Part shown: positions 9,568 through 20,110 of the stretch, one piece after another
How positions within the stretch are numbered: position 1 is the first letter of the stretch
Layout: each line of letters begins with the position of its first letter
Source: Nitrosopumilaceae archaeon
GTDB lineage: Archaea; Thermoproteota; Nitrososphaeria; Nitrososphaerales; Nitrosopumilaceae
Length of the DNA: 64,000 bases
Assembly (NCBI GenBank): GCA_965200155.1
Contig: CBDATR010000009.1
Coordinates: 126,287 to 190,286 of the forward strand
Direction of reading: 5' to 3'
Notes under the pieces: generated by a model
Databases searched by the model: none
What the model saw: the letters and a program-made list of their open reading frames with translations, nothing else
Told to the model about the DNA's origin: nothing
Made by a program: the position numbers and the translations under genes

Positions 9568-10010
9568 CAATCACTAATAGAATCAAACTTACATATAATC
9601 TTTCCAAATATGCAATTTTTAAAAACTGAATCTACAATTGGTAACTATCGACTAGACTCGGTAGCCTTTGATAATAATACTAATTCTTTTGTTATACTTG
9701 AATACAAAAATACTAAAAAACATGATGTGGTCGGGCAATGTATGTCATACCATGCTTTATTCACCAGTCATATGGCTGATTTTCATGTGTTATATTTTGA
9801 TTGTAATAACAAAATACCAAAAGACGTAAAGGCGGATAAATGTAGTGTAATCGTTATAGCACCAGATTATGCCAAATACCAAATAGGTTCAGTGAACTCT
9901 GCCTCGTGGCTTTATCTGTTCAAGATCACAAAATATGGGAATGATATAATAACACTAGAGGAAATTGGGAAAAATCGATTACCACGCAAGAATAAAAGTG
10001 GAGAAAATAG

Positions 10011-10109
10011 GTATGAGTTCACCTGTGTCTAAATTTACGCACAACTGATAGAACCGGTTACCAGTTAATGTGATTTGTGCATAAGATTCCGGAAGACGTG
10101 AACTCATAC
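10011..10109. mobile_element. MITE-A 99-bp variant (AACCGGTT scar)
   Basis: TSD GAAAATAG. Confidence 0.95.
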
Positions 10110-10504
10110 GAAAATAGTTCTCCCACTACACAAAAAGAATATTCAGAAGATGGTTATCTTGAGAAAATAAAACCGACTGAGCAGATAAAAAATCTATACC
10201 TTGAACTAAAAGATGCCATAAACAAAGCATTCCCAAATGTGAAATTCGAACAAAAGAAAGCCTACATGGTATATTCATTAGATAATTTACCGCTAGGTAC
10301 GATTGACATGAAAAGAAGTTTACTGTATCTGACATATAAGGCGGGTAAAAAGTCCATAATAGGAGAGAACTCGTTTGTCAAGAGGTCTAATACCGGACGA
10401 ATGGGGGGCGATTATTACTACTCCCAAGTTGAAAGTACACAGGATATAGAAAAAGTAATACTGGTAATCGAGGAAGTACATCAGATTAAACTTGGTCAAT
10501 AACC

Positions 10505-10909
10505 GTGTGAGTTCACCTGTGTCTAAATTTACGCATAACTGATCGCGACAGTTAATGTGATTTGTACATAAGATTCCGGAAGACGTGAACTCATACCAAG
10601 ATCTTTCTTGGTAGACCCAAGGGTATCCTGAAGAATCTGATTTTTCAGTTCCAATTCCTTATAGGACCGGCGTCTTCTCACTAAATTCTTATTGTAAATT
10701 TGGTATTTAAGCAAAATATTGTCATACCAATCTATATCTTAGTGAATAATCAAAACATGTGAACTCATGCACGACATTTGCAATCACGGCATACATTAGT
10801 GCGGGCAGATGTTATTCACATTGTTCATGCTTGACTGATTGTGTGCCATAAAATACCCCAGTTTGAAGCAACATGGGCTGTTACTGTCAATCATACGCAT
10901 AAGGTCTAA
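10505..10909. mobile_element. MITE-A (10505-10596), inverted IS66 left-end stub (10597-10770) and IS5 right end (10771-10909)
   Basis: Similarity to other copies in the window. Confidence 0.85.
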
Positions 10910-10976
10910 TACATATGTAAGTTTTACATATATTAACGATTGTCTAGAACGTACTTGCTCCACTTTGCAGGAATCA

Positions 10977-12359
10977 TCATTCACGATACTGCTCCACGAA
11001 TCGCCGCACATACTCCACCAGTCGTTTTGGGTCCGCCTGCCCCCGAGTCTGCTTCATTACCTTTCCCACAAGATAGTTTATCACCTGCGGGTTCCTGCGC
11101 GCCTCTAACACCGCCTCGCGCTCACCTCCAAGCGCCTCCTGAACGACACTCTCCAAATCCATTCCGTCATTGTTCTGTGTCACCGTTATGGTGCCGCCTT
11201 CTGTAGCCGCCTTGTATAGCAAGTCCTTGGATATGGCGCGCGTAACTTTTCCCTCATGTATTGCAGTGGCCAGCGTGCGTATGTGATCCGGTGTTATGTG
11301 AGAGGCGACCCTCTTGTCACGTGTATTCATTACTCCCATAAAGTCGGTGGTTATCATGTTGGCCACAATTTTGGCGGTCTGGGCAGTATGGGATTCCTCA
11401 AACAAGTCACAGCAGAATTTATCAGATGCCAGTACTGCTGCAACCTGGGGCTGTATGCCATACTCTGACACGTAGCGTTTCTGGCGCGCCATGGCGCTCT
11501 CCGGCAGATTCTCCTTTATCCTACTTATGGCATCAGTTACCAGTCCCACCCAGGGTATGTCAGCCTCCAAGAAATATCGATAGTCCATCTCTGTCTCCTT
11601 GGTACGAGAAGATATGGTAATCCGCCTGCCCTCATCCCAGTGCCGGGTCTCCTGCTTTACTACTATGCCACGATCATGCAGGCTGTTCTGCCTAGTAGTC
11701 TCAAAGTGCAGTGCCTTCTCCAAGTCATGAAATGAGTTTATGTTCTTTATCTCCACCTTGTTTCCGCCGTGAACCGAGACATTACCGTCGGCCCTCATGG
11801 CGCCATCAAGATGAGGGTTGGCCACGTTCAGGTTCTCCACTACGTCCGCCAGCATACTCATAAAGTTGCGCGCCTGGCGAGGACTCTCAAAGTCCGGCTC
11901 GGTTACTATCTCCACTAGTGGGGTGCCCGCCCTGTTATAGTCCACCAGTGTGGTACGGCGATCATTCCCGTCATAGGTGAGCCTACCGGGATCCTCTTCC
12001 AGTTGCAGTCGCGTGATTCTAATGGTCTTGCCGTCAACATCCATCTGGCCACCACTCCCTATACTGGTGGGACCATACACGTCAAACTGCGTTATCTGAA
12101 AATTCTTTGGCAAATCCGGATAAAAGTAGTTCTTTCTAAAGAATGCCAGTCTCTCGCTGAGTATGCAATTCAGCGATAGTGCAATGGCCATGGCGCTCTT
12201 TACAGCATCCTTGTTCAATAACGGGAGTGTACCGGGCAACCCCATACATATGGGACAGACATTAGTATTGGGCTCCATACCCCTATAGTCTGCCTTGCAC
12301 CAGCAGAAGAGCTTGGAGTTTAGCTTGGTCAGCTGGCAGTGTATCTCTAGGCCTATCAT
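10977..12359 (-). CDS. gatB: Asp-tRNA(Asn)/Glu-tRNA(Gln) amidotransferase subunit B
   Basis: IGLEIHCQL, RKNYFYPDLPK, DYNRAGTPLVEIVTEPD. Confidence 0.97.
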   Translation of the reverse strand: MIGLEIHCQLTKLNSKLFCWCKADYRGMEPNTNVCPICMGLPGTLPLLNKDAVKSAMAIALSLNCILSERLAFFRKNYFYPDLPKNFQITQFDVYGPTSIGSGGQMDVDGKTIRITRLQLEEDPGRLTYDGNDRRTTLVDYNRAGTPLVEIVTEPDFESPRQARNFMSMLADVVENLNVANPHLDGAMRADGNVSVHGGNKVEIKNINSFHDLEKALHFETTRQNSLHDRGIVVKQETRHWDEGRRITISSRTKETEMDYRYFLEADIPWVGLVTDAISRIKENLPESAMARQKRYVSEYGIQPQVAAVLASDKFCCDLFEESHTAQTAKIVANMITTDFMGVMNTRDKRVASHITPDHIRTLATAIHEGKVTRAISKDLLYKAATEGGTITVTQNNDGMDLESVVQEALGGEREAVLEARRNPQVINYLVGKVMKQTRGQADPKRLVEYVRRFVEQYRE

Positions 12360-13768
12360 TGTATGTCCTCCAGGGCGTGGGCCGTACGCAACAAGTCACC
12401 ATCGTGGCCGCTATCGGCCATAATCTGTATTCCTACAGAGAGTCCACCGCTCTCCCCGTATGGCACGGATATTGCGGGCTTGCCCGCCAAATTGGCCATT
12501 ACGGTATTAACATCAATATCAAATAATGATACGGGGTCATCTATTCTCTCACCCAGCCTGAATGGTAGTACAGGTACCGTGGGGGAGAGTAAGTAATCAT
12601 ATTCACGGAATAACGAGTCCAGGTTTCTAGTAAGCCGATCCTTAACTTTTAGCGCCTTTAGGAAATATTTCCCGGAATAACCGGCCGACGTTACGAATCC
12701 GCCCGCAATTATTCGGCGCTTTACCTCGGGTCCGAACCGGCTCCTGGACTTTGTAACGTATCGGTGAAATTCGTAACTACTAATGTCCATGTCGTAACCG
12801 TATCGTATATTGTCATAGCGGGCAAGATTACTGGCAGCCTCAGCAGAGGTTATGGTATAGTAGGCGGCCACTGAGTAGTCTACCATATCAAGGGATACCT
12901 CGTCTATACTAGCGCCCAGCTGGGTCAGACGCGATATTGCCTCATCCAGGACATGACGTATTCCCGACGGCATGGAAGGGGGAACCATCTGTTTTATGAT
13001 ACCCACCCTCTTGTTCTTTATTGTGTATGCGGGGTCCTGGCCAATGCCGGTATTAGCCGGTACGGTCATGGTGGTATGATCGTACGGGTCCCGGCCGCAT
13101 ATGATACTCATGACCGTCTCAATATCCGATACAGACCGCGCCATGGGTCCTATCTGCTCTATACTGTTGGCATAAGATATCAGGCCATACCTGCTAATCA
13201 TGCCATAGGTGGGCTTAAAACCCGCCACACCACAAAAACTTGCAGGATTCCGGACAGAACCGCCGGTGTCAGAACCCAGCGATACGGCAGCAGTACCTGC
13301 CGCCACCGATGCGGCGCTTCCGCCAGAGGATCCTCCGGGCACATATGACTTGTTGCACGGATTCAGGGTTGGCCCAAAGCTGCTAAATTCGGTAGTCAGA
13401 CCCATGGCAAACTCATCCATGTTAGTTTTGCCTACTATAATGGCGCCCTCATCACGCAGACGCGTTATCACCGTAGCATCATATGGCGATACATATGACT
13501 CTAGCATGCGCGATGCGCATGTGGTCGGCATGCCCGTAACACAGATGTTGTCCTTGATTGATATGGGCACCCCTGCCAGACGGCCTGCATCATTACCGGA
13601 GCGTATCTTTCTGTCTATATCCTTGGCCTGCTCCAGCATTTGTGGGTTCACAGTAATGTAGATGTTCATATCTTTGGTCTCCTCTATCCGCTCTGCTATG
13701 GCAGATATGGTCTCCTGCGCCGTTACCTGCCCGTCCCTTATGGATTTGGCCAAGGACGAAACGGACAT
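12356..13768 (-). CDS. gatA: Amidotransferase subunit A
   Basis: GKTNMDEFAMG, PGGSSGGSAA, GSDTGGSVRNPA. Confidence 0.97.
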   Translation of the reverse strand: MSVSSLAKSIRDGQVTAQETISAIAERIEETKDMNIYITVNPQMLEQAKDIDRKIRSGNDAGRLAGVPISIKDNICVTGMPTTCASRMLESYVSPYDATVITRLRDEGAIIVGKTNMDEFAMGLTTEFSSFGPTLNPCNKSYVPGGSSGGSAASVAAGTAAVSLGSDTGGSVRNPASFCGVAGFKPTYGMISRYGLISYANSIEQIGPMARSVSDIETVMSIICGRDPYDHTTMTVPANTGIGQDPAYTIKNKRVGIIKQMVPPSMPSGIRHVLDEAISRLTQLGASIDEVSLDMVDYSVAAYYTITSAEAASNLARYDNIRYGYDMDISSYEFHRYVTKSRSRFGPEVKRRIIAGGFVTSAGYSGKYFLKALKVKDRLTRNLDSLFREYDYLLSPTVPVLPFRLGERIDDPVSLFDIDVNTVMANLAGKPAISVPYGESGGLSVGIQIMADSGHDGDLLRTAHALEDIQ

Positions 13769-13775
13769 ATCCTAG

Positions 13776-14033
13776 CTAACCTAGTCCGGGAGCCCTTATG
13801 TACCCTCTTGCATCCCTGCGAGGCGAGGAGCCGGACCAGGATACATGCGTATCATCCCGCAAGGAGTCCAGGGGTATCGCCTGTATCTTGAGTGGTTCCT
13901 CATCTATTCCGGCCTCGTCCAGGGTATCAAAAAAGTCCAGCATCTTTTGTATATTCTCTGCATACTCCTGTGGTTTGTCTATTTCTACACGCATCATAAG
14001 GGCCACTGCTGCAACCTCGTCCCCAGATACCAT
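13776..14033 (-). CDS. gatC: Amidotransferase subunit C
   Basis: Size, operon position, LRDD and C-terminal IRAP motif. Confidence 0.85.
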   Translation of the reverse strand: MVSGDEVAAVALMMRVEIDKPQEYAENIQKMLDFFDTLDEAGIDEEPLKIQAIPLDSLRDDTHVSWSGSSPRRDARGYIRAPGLG

Positions 14034-14045
14034 ATCATTACCACC

Positions 14046-15350
14046 CTAGGGCCGCAGCCGGTCCACATCCCGGGGATAGAAGGTCGTATCCCGTATATTT
14101 GGTGTGCCCGTTAGTGCCATCATGAGACGCTCAAGGCCAATGCCGCATCCTGCATGGGGAGGCATACCATAATCAAAAGCCCCCAGATGGTATGAGAAGG
14201 ACTGGACATTCAGGTTCTTGTCCGCCAAGTTACGCTCCAAATCTTCCCGCTTGTTTATACGGCTACTTCCCGATGATATCTCCAAGTCACCATACATCAA
14301 GTCAAAGGACTCGGAGACTTGCGGGTTCTCCTCACTCCGCTTTACATAGAATGGCTTGGGCCCCATGGGCCAGTCGGTTATAAAGTACATGCCGGTCAGG
14401 CCCAGCTTGCGAAGCCACGAGGGGTGCAAGTCATCACCCCACTCCATCTTGGCGCCGGTATCTCGTATACGCTGGGCTAGGCTCTCGTATGTATATCTGG
14501 GAATCGCCTCTATTTTTGGAACATTTAGGGCTCCGGGGTTATCCTGCTCATATACAGCGGCGGCTCCGGCCGCATATTTAACCACATCCTCGATGCGATC
14601 CATTACATCTGTGTAATCTACGAACGCCTCTTCCATGTCTATGGATATGGCCTCGGCTAGGTGCCTGTTGGTACGGGATGCCTCTGCCCGGAATATTGGA
14701 GCTATCTCAAAGACCCTCTCAAAGGACATTGTAAGCTGCTCCTTGTATAACTGGGGGCTCTGGGCCAGAAATGCCTCCTTGTCATAGTAGAATATGGAAA
14801 AGAGTGAGGCGCCGCCCTCGGTAGCCGATGCTATAATCTTGGGCGTGCTTATCTCGGTGAAATTGTTCCTTGTGAAGTAATCCCGCAGGGCGCCCAAAAC
14901 CCTGCTACGGGCTCGGAATATGTGCTTGAGGCTGTCACGGCGCAAGTCGATGTAACGCGCCTCCAGTCTTGTGTCAATGTTTTTGACCGTAATGGCGGCA
15001 GGCTCAAAGGGTGGAATGCAAGTCACCGCGGAGAATACGTGCAGGGTAGTCGGAACTATTTCCACCCCGCCGGGGGCCCGGAGAGACTTGGATACCATTC
15101 CAGTGACAGATACCGAGGAATGAGGCTTTATGGCAGATAATGTTTCAAATATGTCATCCGGGCACTGCCCCTTCTTTGATACCACCTGTATGCGTCCATC
15201 CATGTCATGTAATATTGTGAATGATATGCTTCCGTGGGAACGTACAGATGCAACCCAGCCCATTACAGTTACAGTCTGTCCATCCAGGTGCTCGCCCAAC
15301 TGCCCGGAGAGGTGTGTCCGGCGAAGATTCCCCAATGTAGTGCCCACCAT
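14046..15350 (-). CDS. aspS: Aspartyl-tRNA synthetase (archaeal, likely non-discriminating)
   Basis: LAQSPQLYK, FRAE, GMPPHAG.GIGLERL, YPRD. Confidence 0.96.
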   Translation of the reverse strand: MVGTTLGNLRRTHLSGQLGEHLDGQTVTVMGWVASVRSHGSISFTILHDMDGRIQVVSKKGQCPDDIFETLSAIKPHSSVSVTGMVSKSLRAPGGVEIVPTTLHVFSAVTCIPPFEPAAITVKNIDTRLEARYIDLRRDSLKHIFRARSRVLGALRDYFTRNNFTEISTPKIIASATEGGASLFSIFYYDKEAFLAQSPQLYKEQLTMSFERVFEIAPIFRAEASRTNRHLAEAISIDMEEAFVDYTDVMDRIEDVVKYAAGAAAVYEQDNPGALNVPKIEAIPRYTYESLAQRIRDTGAKMEWGDDLHPSWLRKLGLTGMYFITDWPMGPKPFYVKRSEENPQVSESFDLMYGDLEISSGSSRINKREDLERNLADKNLNVQSFSYHLGAFDYGMPPHAGCGIGLERLMMALTGTPNIRDTTFYPRDVDRLRP

Positions 15351-15492
15351 GACAGGTACAGGTGTTGCGGCGATATTAATTGTATAGCATCAATCGCGAG
15401 TCTTTGCTTACATGGCGCCCTGACCGGGTACATTCTGATCATGTGTTTTTGACGTTTTATAGCGAGTACCATTAATCTTTAAATGGTATTTT

Positions 15493-15686
15493 GGTAACAG
15501 TTTAGGTCGCTCTTTCATATGGGCCACCAAGACAGGTGCTAAATCCTGTTCACGCGAAATCACAGTGTATGCTAAGGCTAGCAGGGACCATTACCTACAG
15601 GTTTGGCAGATGCTTGCCAATAAAAACACGCCTCAATTCAGAGCGACCCGAACAGGTACTGTCAATCATGCGCATAATGTCTAATA
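15493..15686 (+). mobile_element. Diverged relic of the IS5 element 3' end
   Basis: Aligns with reverse complement of 8551-8744; ends gtcaatcatgcgcataatgtcta. Confidence 0.6.
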
Positions 15687-15766
15687 TGCGAAACCATACG
15701 CTTTGTCTAAGGTATTCTATCTAAGCCCGGATTCTTGACCACCAGCATAGGAGTGAACGTATTTTA

Positions 15767-15853
15767 TCATGAAATTCCGGTCGGTCCTCTTTTGCCTTCG
15801 GTCTGTCCAAGCCCGCTACGCAGTTTCCGAATTAATTTTGCGACCCGAACCAT
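15767..15853 (-). CDS. Putative 28-aa basic peptide MVRVAKLIRKLRSGLGQTEGKRGPTGIS
   Basis: ATG preceded by GAGG and a TTTAA box; divergent from thrC. Confidence 0.35.
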   Translation of the reverse strand: MVRVAKLIRKLRSGLGQTEGKRGPTGIS

Positions 15854-15905
15854 GCCCTCACGGTTCACATATAGTCTTAAATTTGCACTGTAACACACGG
15901 TAAGC

Positions 15906-17234
15906 ATGAACGTGGTTTTGAGATGCATGCATCCGGACTGCAAGTCTGAATACCCCATAAAGAGCACCACGTTCTTTTGTGAAAAAGGCCATCCCTTGGA
16001 TGTTGTCTATCACGGCAAGCCAGACAAAGCCATGATAGAGGTATTCTATAGAAGACGGGATCACCATGGCAACATATACGACGAGAGCGGGGTGTGGAGA
16101 TTCCGGGAACTCATAAATTTCTGCCAGGTAGACACACATGACACCATGTCCTGTGCCAAATATTTGGTCTCGTTGGACGGAGTGGAGGGAAGACAGTCAA
16201 AGCCATACCACATGAAGCGCGCAGCAGATCTGGTGGGAGCCAGACCGGAATCATTATGGCTGCAGTCAGAAGGATACAATCCCAGCGGATCCTTCAAGGA
16301 TAACGGCATGGCCACTGCACTGACTCATGCCAAAATGGTGGGAGCCACGAAAGTAGTCTGCGCGTCCACGGGGAATACATCCGCATCCGCGGGCATGTTT
16401 GCAGCTAATGAGGGCATAGACTGTGATGTGTACATACCCTCAGGCCAGATAGCTCCGGGTAAGCTTAGCCAGGCATACCAGTTTGGGGCGCAGATAGTAA
16501 AGGTAGACGGGAATTTTGATGACGCCTTGGAGCAGTCACTGCAGAATACCAAAACCGGCGGATATACTGTAAATTCCATAAACCCGTTCCGCATCGAGGG
16601 TCAAAAGACCATACCGTATAGAGTGCTGGAGTACATGGAGTGGCACCCCCCGGACTGGATAGTATATCCGGGAGGGGCTTTGGGCAATACATCCAGCTGC
16701 GGAAAAGCGTTAATGGAGTTGCACGAGTGGGGCTGGATCAAAAAGATGCCCCGCATTGCGGTGATAAACGCGGAAGGCGCCAGTACACTCTCGGACCTGT
16801 ATAATGGACGCTATGGCGAGAAGGTGCGATGGAATGATGGCCGCGTAAATACAGAAGCAATAAACGAATACTACTCCCAGATGGACTCGCGCGGTTTGCG
16901 CCCCAAAACACAGGCCACTGCAATTCAGATAGGCAAGCCCGCCAACATATTGAAGGGGTTGCGGGCGCTCGATGTTACCGATGGCGTTGTCATTACGGTG
17001 TCAGATAAAGAGATGCTGGACGCCATGAGTGTGATAGGATTGAACGGATTTGACTGTGAGATGGCATCAGGGGCATCACTGGCAGGCGCACGCAAGCTCA
17101 TAGAGCAGGGAATAATGAAGCCGGACGACCGCATAGTATGCATACTCACAGGAAGGCAGAAGGATCCCATGCTACCGGTGGAATACCACAATGACCAGAC
17201 AAACAGGTTTGCGCGACCCCCCAGAAATAATTAG
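15906..17234 (+). CDS. thrC: Threonine synthase
   Basis: EG.NPSGSFKD, CASTGNTSAS, NSINPFRIEGQKT. Confidence 0.95.
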   Translation: MNVVLRCMHPDCKSEYPIKSTTFFCEKGHPLDVVYHGKPDKAMIEVFYRRRDHHGNIYDESGVWRFRELINFCQVDTHDTMSCAKYLVSLDGVEGRQSKPYHMKRAADLVGARPESLWLQSEGYNPSGSFKDNGMATALTHAKMVGATKVVCASTGNTSASAGMFAANEGIDCDVYIPSGQIAPGKLSQAYQFGAQIVKVDGNFDDALEQSLQNTKTGGYTVNSINPFRIEGQKTIPYRVLEYMEWHPPDWIVYPGGALGNTSSCGKALMELHEWGWIKKMPRIAVINAEGASTLSDLYNGRYGEKVRWNDGRVNTEAINEYYSQMDSRGLRPKTQATAIQIGKPANILKGLRALDVTDGVVITVSDKEMLDAMSVIGLNGFDCEMASGASLAGARKLIEQGIMKPDDRIVCILTGRQKDPMLPVEYHNDQTNRFARPPRNN

Positions 17235-17237
17235 ATG

Positions 17238-17329
17238 GTGTGAGTTCATCTATGTCTAAATTTACGCATGACTTACCGTGACAGCAAGTGTGATTTGTAC
17301 ACGAGATTCCGGAAGACGTGAACTCATAC
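17238..17329. mobile_element. Older MITE-A copy
   Basis: Diverged interior; TSD ATTAGATG/ATTAGAGG. Confidence 0.85.
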
Positions 17330-17459
17330 ATTAGAGGAGTACTCGGCATATGCCAATCACACTGGTTGTGGTGAGTTGATAAGACCGGTGGTTATGACCA
17401 AGTCATGAAGAGGCGATCCATGCCAAACAATTATCTATTGGCTATCTGGGTTAAACAGG

Positions 17460-17558
17460 ATGCCACTAAGAAAGAAGGGTAAACATCAGAGATGGGCAGA
17501 TCAGAGGGCAACCCGGCGAAGGAGAAAGACCAAGGCCAGTAAGCCACGTTCCCGTTAG
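17460..17558 (+). CDS. 32-aa Arg/Lys-rich protein, possible eL41/eS32-like ribosomal protein
   Basis: MPLRKKGKHQRWADQRATRRRRKTKASKPRSR; below ORF-track cutoff. Confidence 0.6.
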   Translation: MPLRKKGKHQRWADQRATRRRRKTKASKPRSR

Positions 17559-17599
17559 TGTCAAGATTTTATACGCCGTTCAGGACGGTTCTAATGGTA

Positions 17600-18301
17600 A
17601 TGGATCCACTAGTTCGGATCAAGGCGGCTCGTACACAGGGAACCTTGCCCAGTAAATTATGTGACTTGATAACTAAGCGCTTTTCCCTTGTGGTATCGGG
17701 AATTAACCGGGTAGAGACATCTTCCGGTTTAGAGTACCCGGTAGCATACGTGGAACCGGCCGCAGTGCTCTCCACTACATCGCAATTTGGGTATGGCATC
17801 CTGTTTGCCAGGACCATTCCACTACTGGTAAAGGACGATCTCCGGGTTGTGATACAGGTATCTGCTCCCCTGGTGGCATACGGCCTAAAGGGAACCATTC
17901 ACGCCATACTGGCACACGAATTCTTGCACTACCTTGATCTCATGCGGCGCATAAAGAGCGGCCTGCTTTCTGATGAGATTACCGGCAATCTGTTTGAGAA
18001 TGTATACGCGGACGAGTCCCGTACACTGGAACCGGGTGCCGTATTCCAGGACAGAACGCTGGTGAGGCACATAAAGAGTCGTTTTGGTATGGGCTTTCGG
18101 GATACAAGACTGGAGTCCCACGTAGTCGCAAAATGGATAGGCAAGGATTTACCCAGAATAGGCGTCAGTCTGGACACCAATACGGTGGCATTTTCGCCCC
18201 AGATACTGTCCCAAATACGCATCCCCCCGCATATGGCAGACATGCTAGACAAGATGTATGAAAAGAGCCAACGCATACGGTCGCGTCATAGAATGAAATA
18301 G
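17600..18301 (+). CDS. Hypothetical protein with HExxH (zincin-like) motif
   Basis: AILAHEFLHYL. Confidence 0.7.
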   Translation: MDPLVRIKAARTQGTLPSKLCDLITKRFSLVVSGINRVETSSGLEYPVAYVEPAAVLSTTSQFGYGILFARTIPLLVKDDLRVVIQVSAPLVAYGLKGTIHAILAHEFLHYLDLMRRIKSGLLSDEITGNLFENVYADESRTLEPGAVFQDRTLVRHIKSRFGMGFRDTRLESHVVAKWIGKDLPRIGVSLDTNTVAFSPQILSQIRIPPHMADMLDKMYEKSQRIRSRHRMK

Positions 18302-18375
18302 TGGGATTGGCAGGACTTGAACCTGCGACCCCTGGTACCCAAAACCAGAATCATACCATGCTAGACCACAATCCC
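18302..18375 (-). tRNA. tRNA-Pro(TGG)
   Basis: Cloverleaf; anticodon arm ctggt-tttgggt-accag; GGTTCAAGTCC. Confidence 0.95.
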
Positions 18376-18552
18376 AGTGATATAATACAGCAGGTCGACC
18401 CAATTTAAATTTGGACATATAACGGCACCAAACGTCTTTGTTGCTTAACTCAATCAAGTTATATAAGAAAATCGTATTGAGGAAAAAAGTTTGTGCATCT
18501 TCGCCACACAACTGTGTGTTGGCAGTCATTAGATCCAAGCATTAATATCTGA

Positions 18553-18781
18553 GTATCTATCTAGATTTTTGAAATGATAAATTAGTTGTGCCGCTCAGGA
18601 TTCCCTCAAGTTGCATAAATCCTGCCAGTAGTCGCGATTCGGCGTCGTGAATCTAGATGAACCTATATGATTACCCGAGGGTGTATATTTGCATTAGAAA
18701 GACATGCAGGATGAGAAAATATGGATTTTATAGCATCAGCAAATATCATGCGAACCATACTTCAAAAATCTAGACAGATAC
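18553..18781. mobile_element. MITE family C (TIR GTATCT(A/G)TCTAGATTTTTGAA); extra right end at 18951-18974
   Basis: About 21-bp inverted repeat with GTAT..ATAC termini; no TSD. Confidence 0.6.
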
Positions 18782-19118
18782 ATCAAAGTAACCGTTTAAG
18801 TCATTCCAAAGATTAGCCCACATTTGGAAAGCGCGTAAACACCATAGACGATTTAGTGCGCCACCTTATCACACAATTGCCGCGGTATGGTCTTTGGTAT
18901 AGGTGACCAGTACCGTGAGGGAGACATCTGCACAGGGCACAAACAGTTATCACTTCAAAAACGTAGACAGATACCTGATTATAATGTCCCAGCGAATCAT
19001 ACCATATGAGGAACGGCAAATGTGTGACGGTGTTGAGTCACATCCCTGCACTCAACAGGCCCCCATAGCATAACGCCACACCAAAAAACTATTAGAGCAG
19101 GCATTATACCATAATAAC

Positions 19119-19229
19119 ATGAAGGGGCTTTGTCACGGCTGTTTCACATCCAACACAGATATCGCGGTCATGAATGGCAGGATACTGTGCCCAGACTGCA
19201 GTAAACCCACCAAGCAATCAAAGAAATGA
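19119..19229 (+). CDS. 36-aa zinc-finger mini-protein
   Basis: MKGLCHGC...LCPDCSK; ATGA overlap with next gene. Confidence 0.7.
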   Translation: MKGLCHGCFTSNTDIAVMNGRILCPDCSKPTKQSKK

Positions 19230-20086
19230 GGCTGGACGTAATATCTCACTGTGCGCTGGATACCGTACACTTGGAGGGCTCAGTTCATGAACAGGCGGGT
19301 GGAGATGCCTGCTATATAGGCAAAATGTGCAGGGAGTTTGGTTCCAAAGTGGAACTGCAGACTCGCTATGGCAAGGACTTTCCCATACAATATCTGGATG
19401 ATGCAAAGATGACTCACGAGGGGGCTCTATCGGAGAGTCCCACCACTCGATTCACTATTCACATTGACGGCCACCACCGAAAGATCTACCTGAATGGACA
19501 ATGTGATAACATACCAGTACGACACATGGACAATGACGGGACAATAATTGCCCCCATATATCACGAAATAAGCCCCCAAGACATACATGGGCATGACGGA
19601 TATATCCTGCTAAACCCCCAGGGCCTCATAAGAGGGGCGGACCAGGACGGACTTGTCACAACGGTTACGGCAAAACTTGACCTAAAAGGCATAGACGCGC
19701 TAAAAGTCAATCCCGCGGAAGTGAAGGCACTCTCAGGTCAGGAGGGCGAGGAGGGACTGAAACTGTTACACAAGATGGGCGCCAAGACCATAATCCGCAC
19801 TAATGGCGAGAATATCTCCATGCTAACTGATAACATGCTATACTCAATACGCCTCCCCAACAAGGAGATTCACGACACTACTGGCCTGGGAGCCATACTG
19901 TGCGGCGCCTTTGTCTGTACCATGCTAAAGGAGAAGGATGTTTTGTGGGCTTTCTGCTTTGCCGGGGGCGCCGTACAGGCTGCCCTTGATACGAAAAGTC
20001 TGGGTCTGCTCAAGATACCCCACCGGGGGGCCATCCAGACCAACGCATCCTACTTTTACAATCTAGTCAAGTACAAACAGGTATAA
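19226..20086 (+). CDS. PfkB/ribokinase family kinase
   Basis: GG near N-terminus, LKVNPAE, DTTGLG. Confidence 0.8.
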   Translation: MRLDVISHCALDTVHLEGSVHEQAGGDACYIGKMCREFGSKVELQTRYGKDFPIQYLDDAKMTHEGALSESPTTRFTIHIDGHHRKIYLNGQCDNIPVRHMDNDGTIIAPIYHEISPQDIHGHDGYILLNPQGLIRGADQDGLVTTVTAKLDLKGIDALKVNPAEVKALSGQEGEEGLKLLHKMGAKTIIRTNGENISMLTDNMLYSIRLPNKEIHDTTGLGAILCGAFVCTMLKEKDVLWAFCFAGGAVQAALDTKSLGLLKIPHRGAIQTNASYFYNLVKYKQV

Positions 20087-20110
20087 CACCAAGACACGCC
20101 ATTACATTCT

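Larger units (their letters stand above)
6857..10502 (+). pseudogene. PD-(D/E)xK nuclease plus DUF5655-like gene split into 6857-6945, 9576-10010 and 10118-10502 by MITE insertions
   Basis: Removing inserts and one TSD each gives an open 302-aa frame: EKRVQSLIESNL..RLDSVAFD..VILEYK. Confidence 0.8.

Noticed and set aside
17330-17560. RNase P or SRP RNA gene
   Set aside because: Conserved P4 or SRP motifs not found; the region is better explained by a small ORF.
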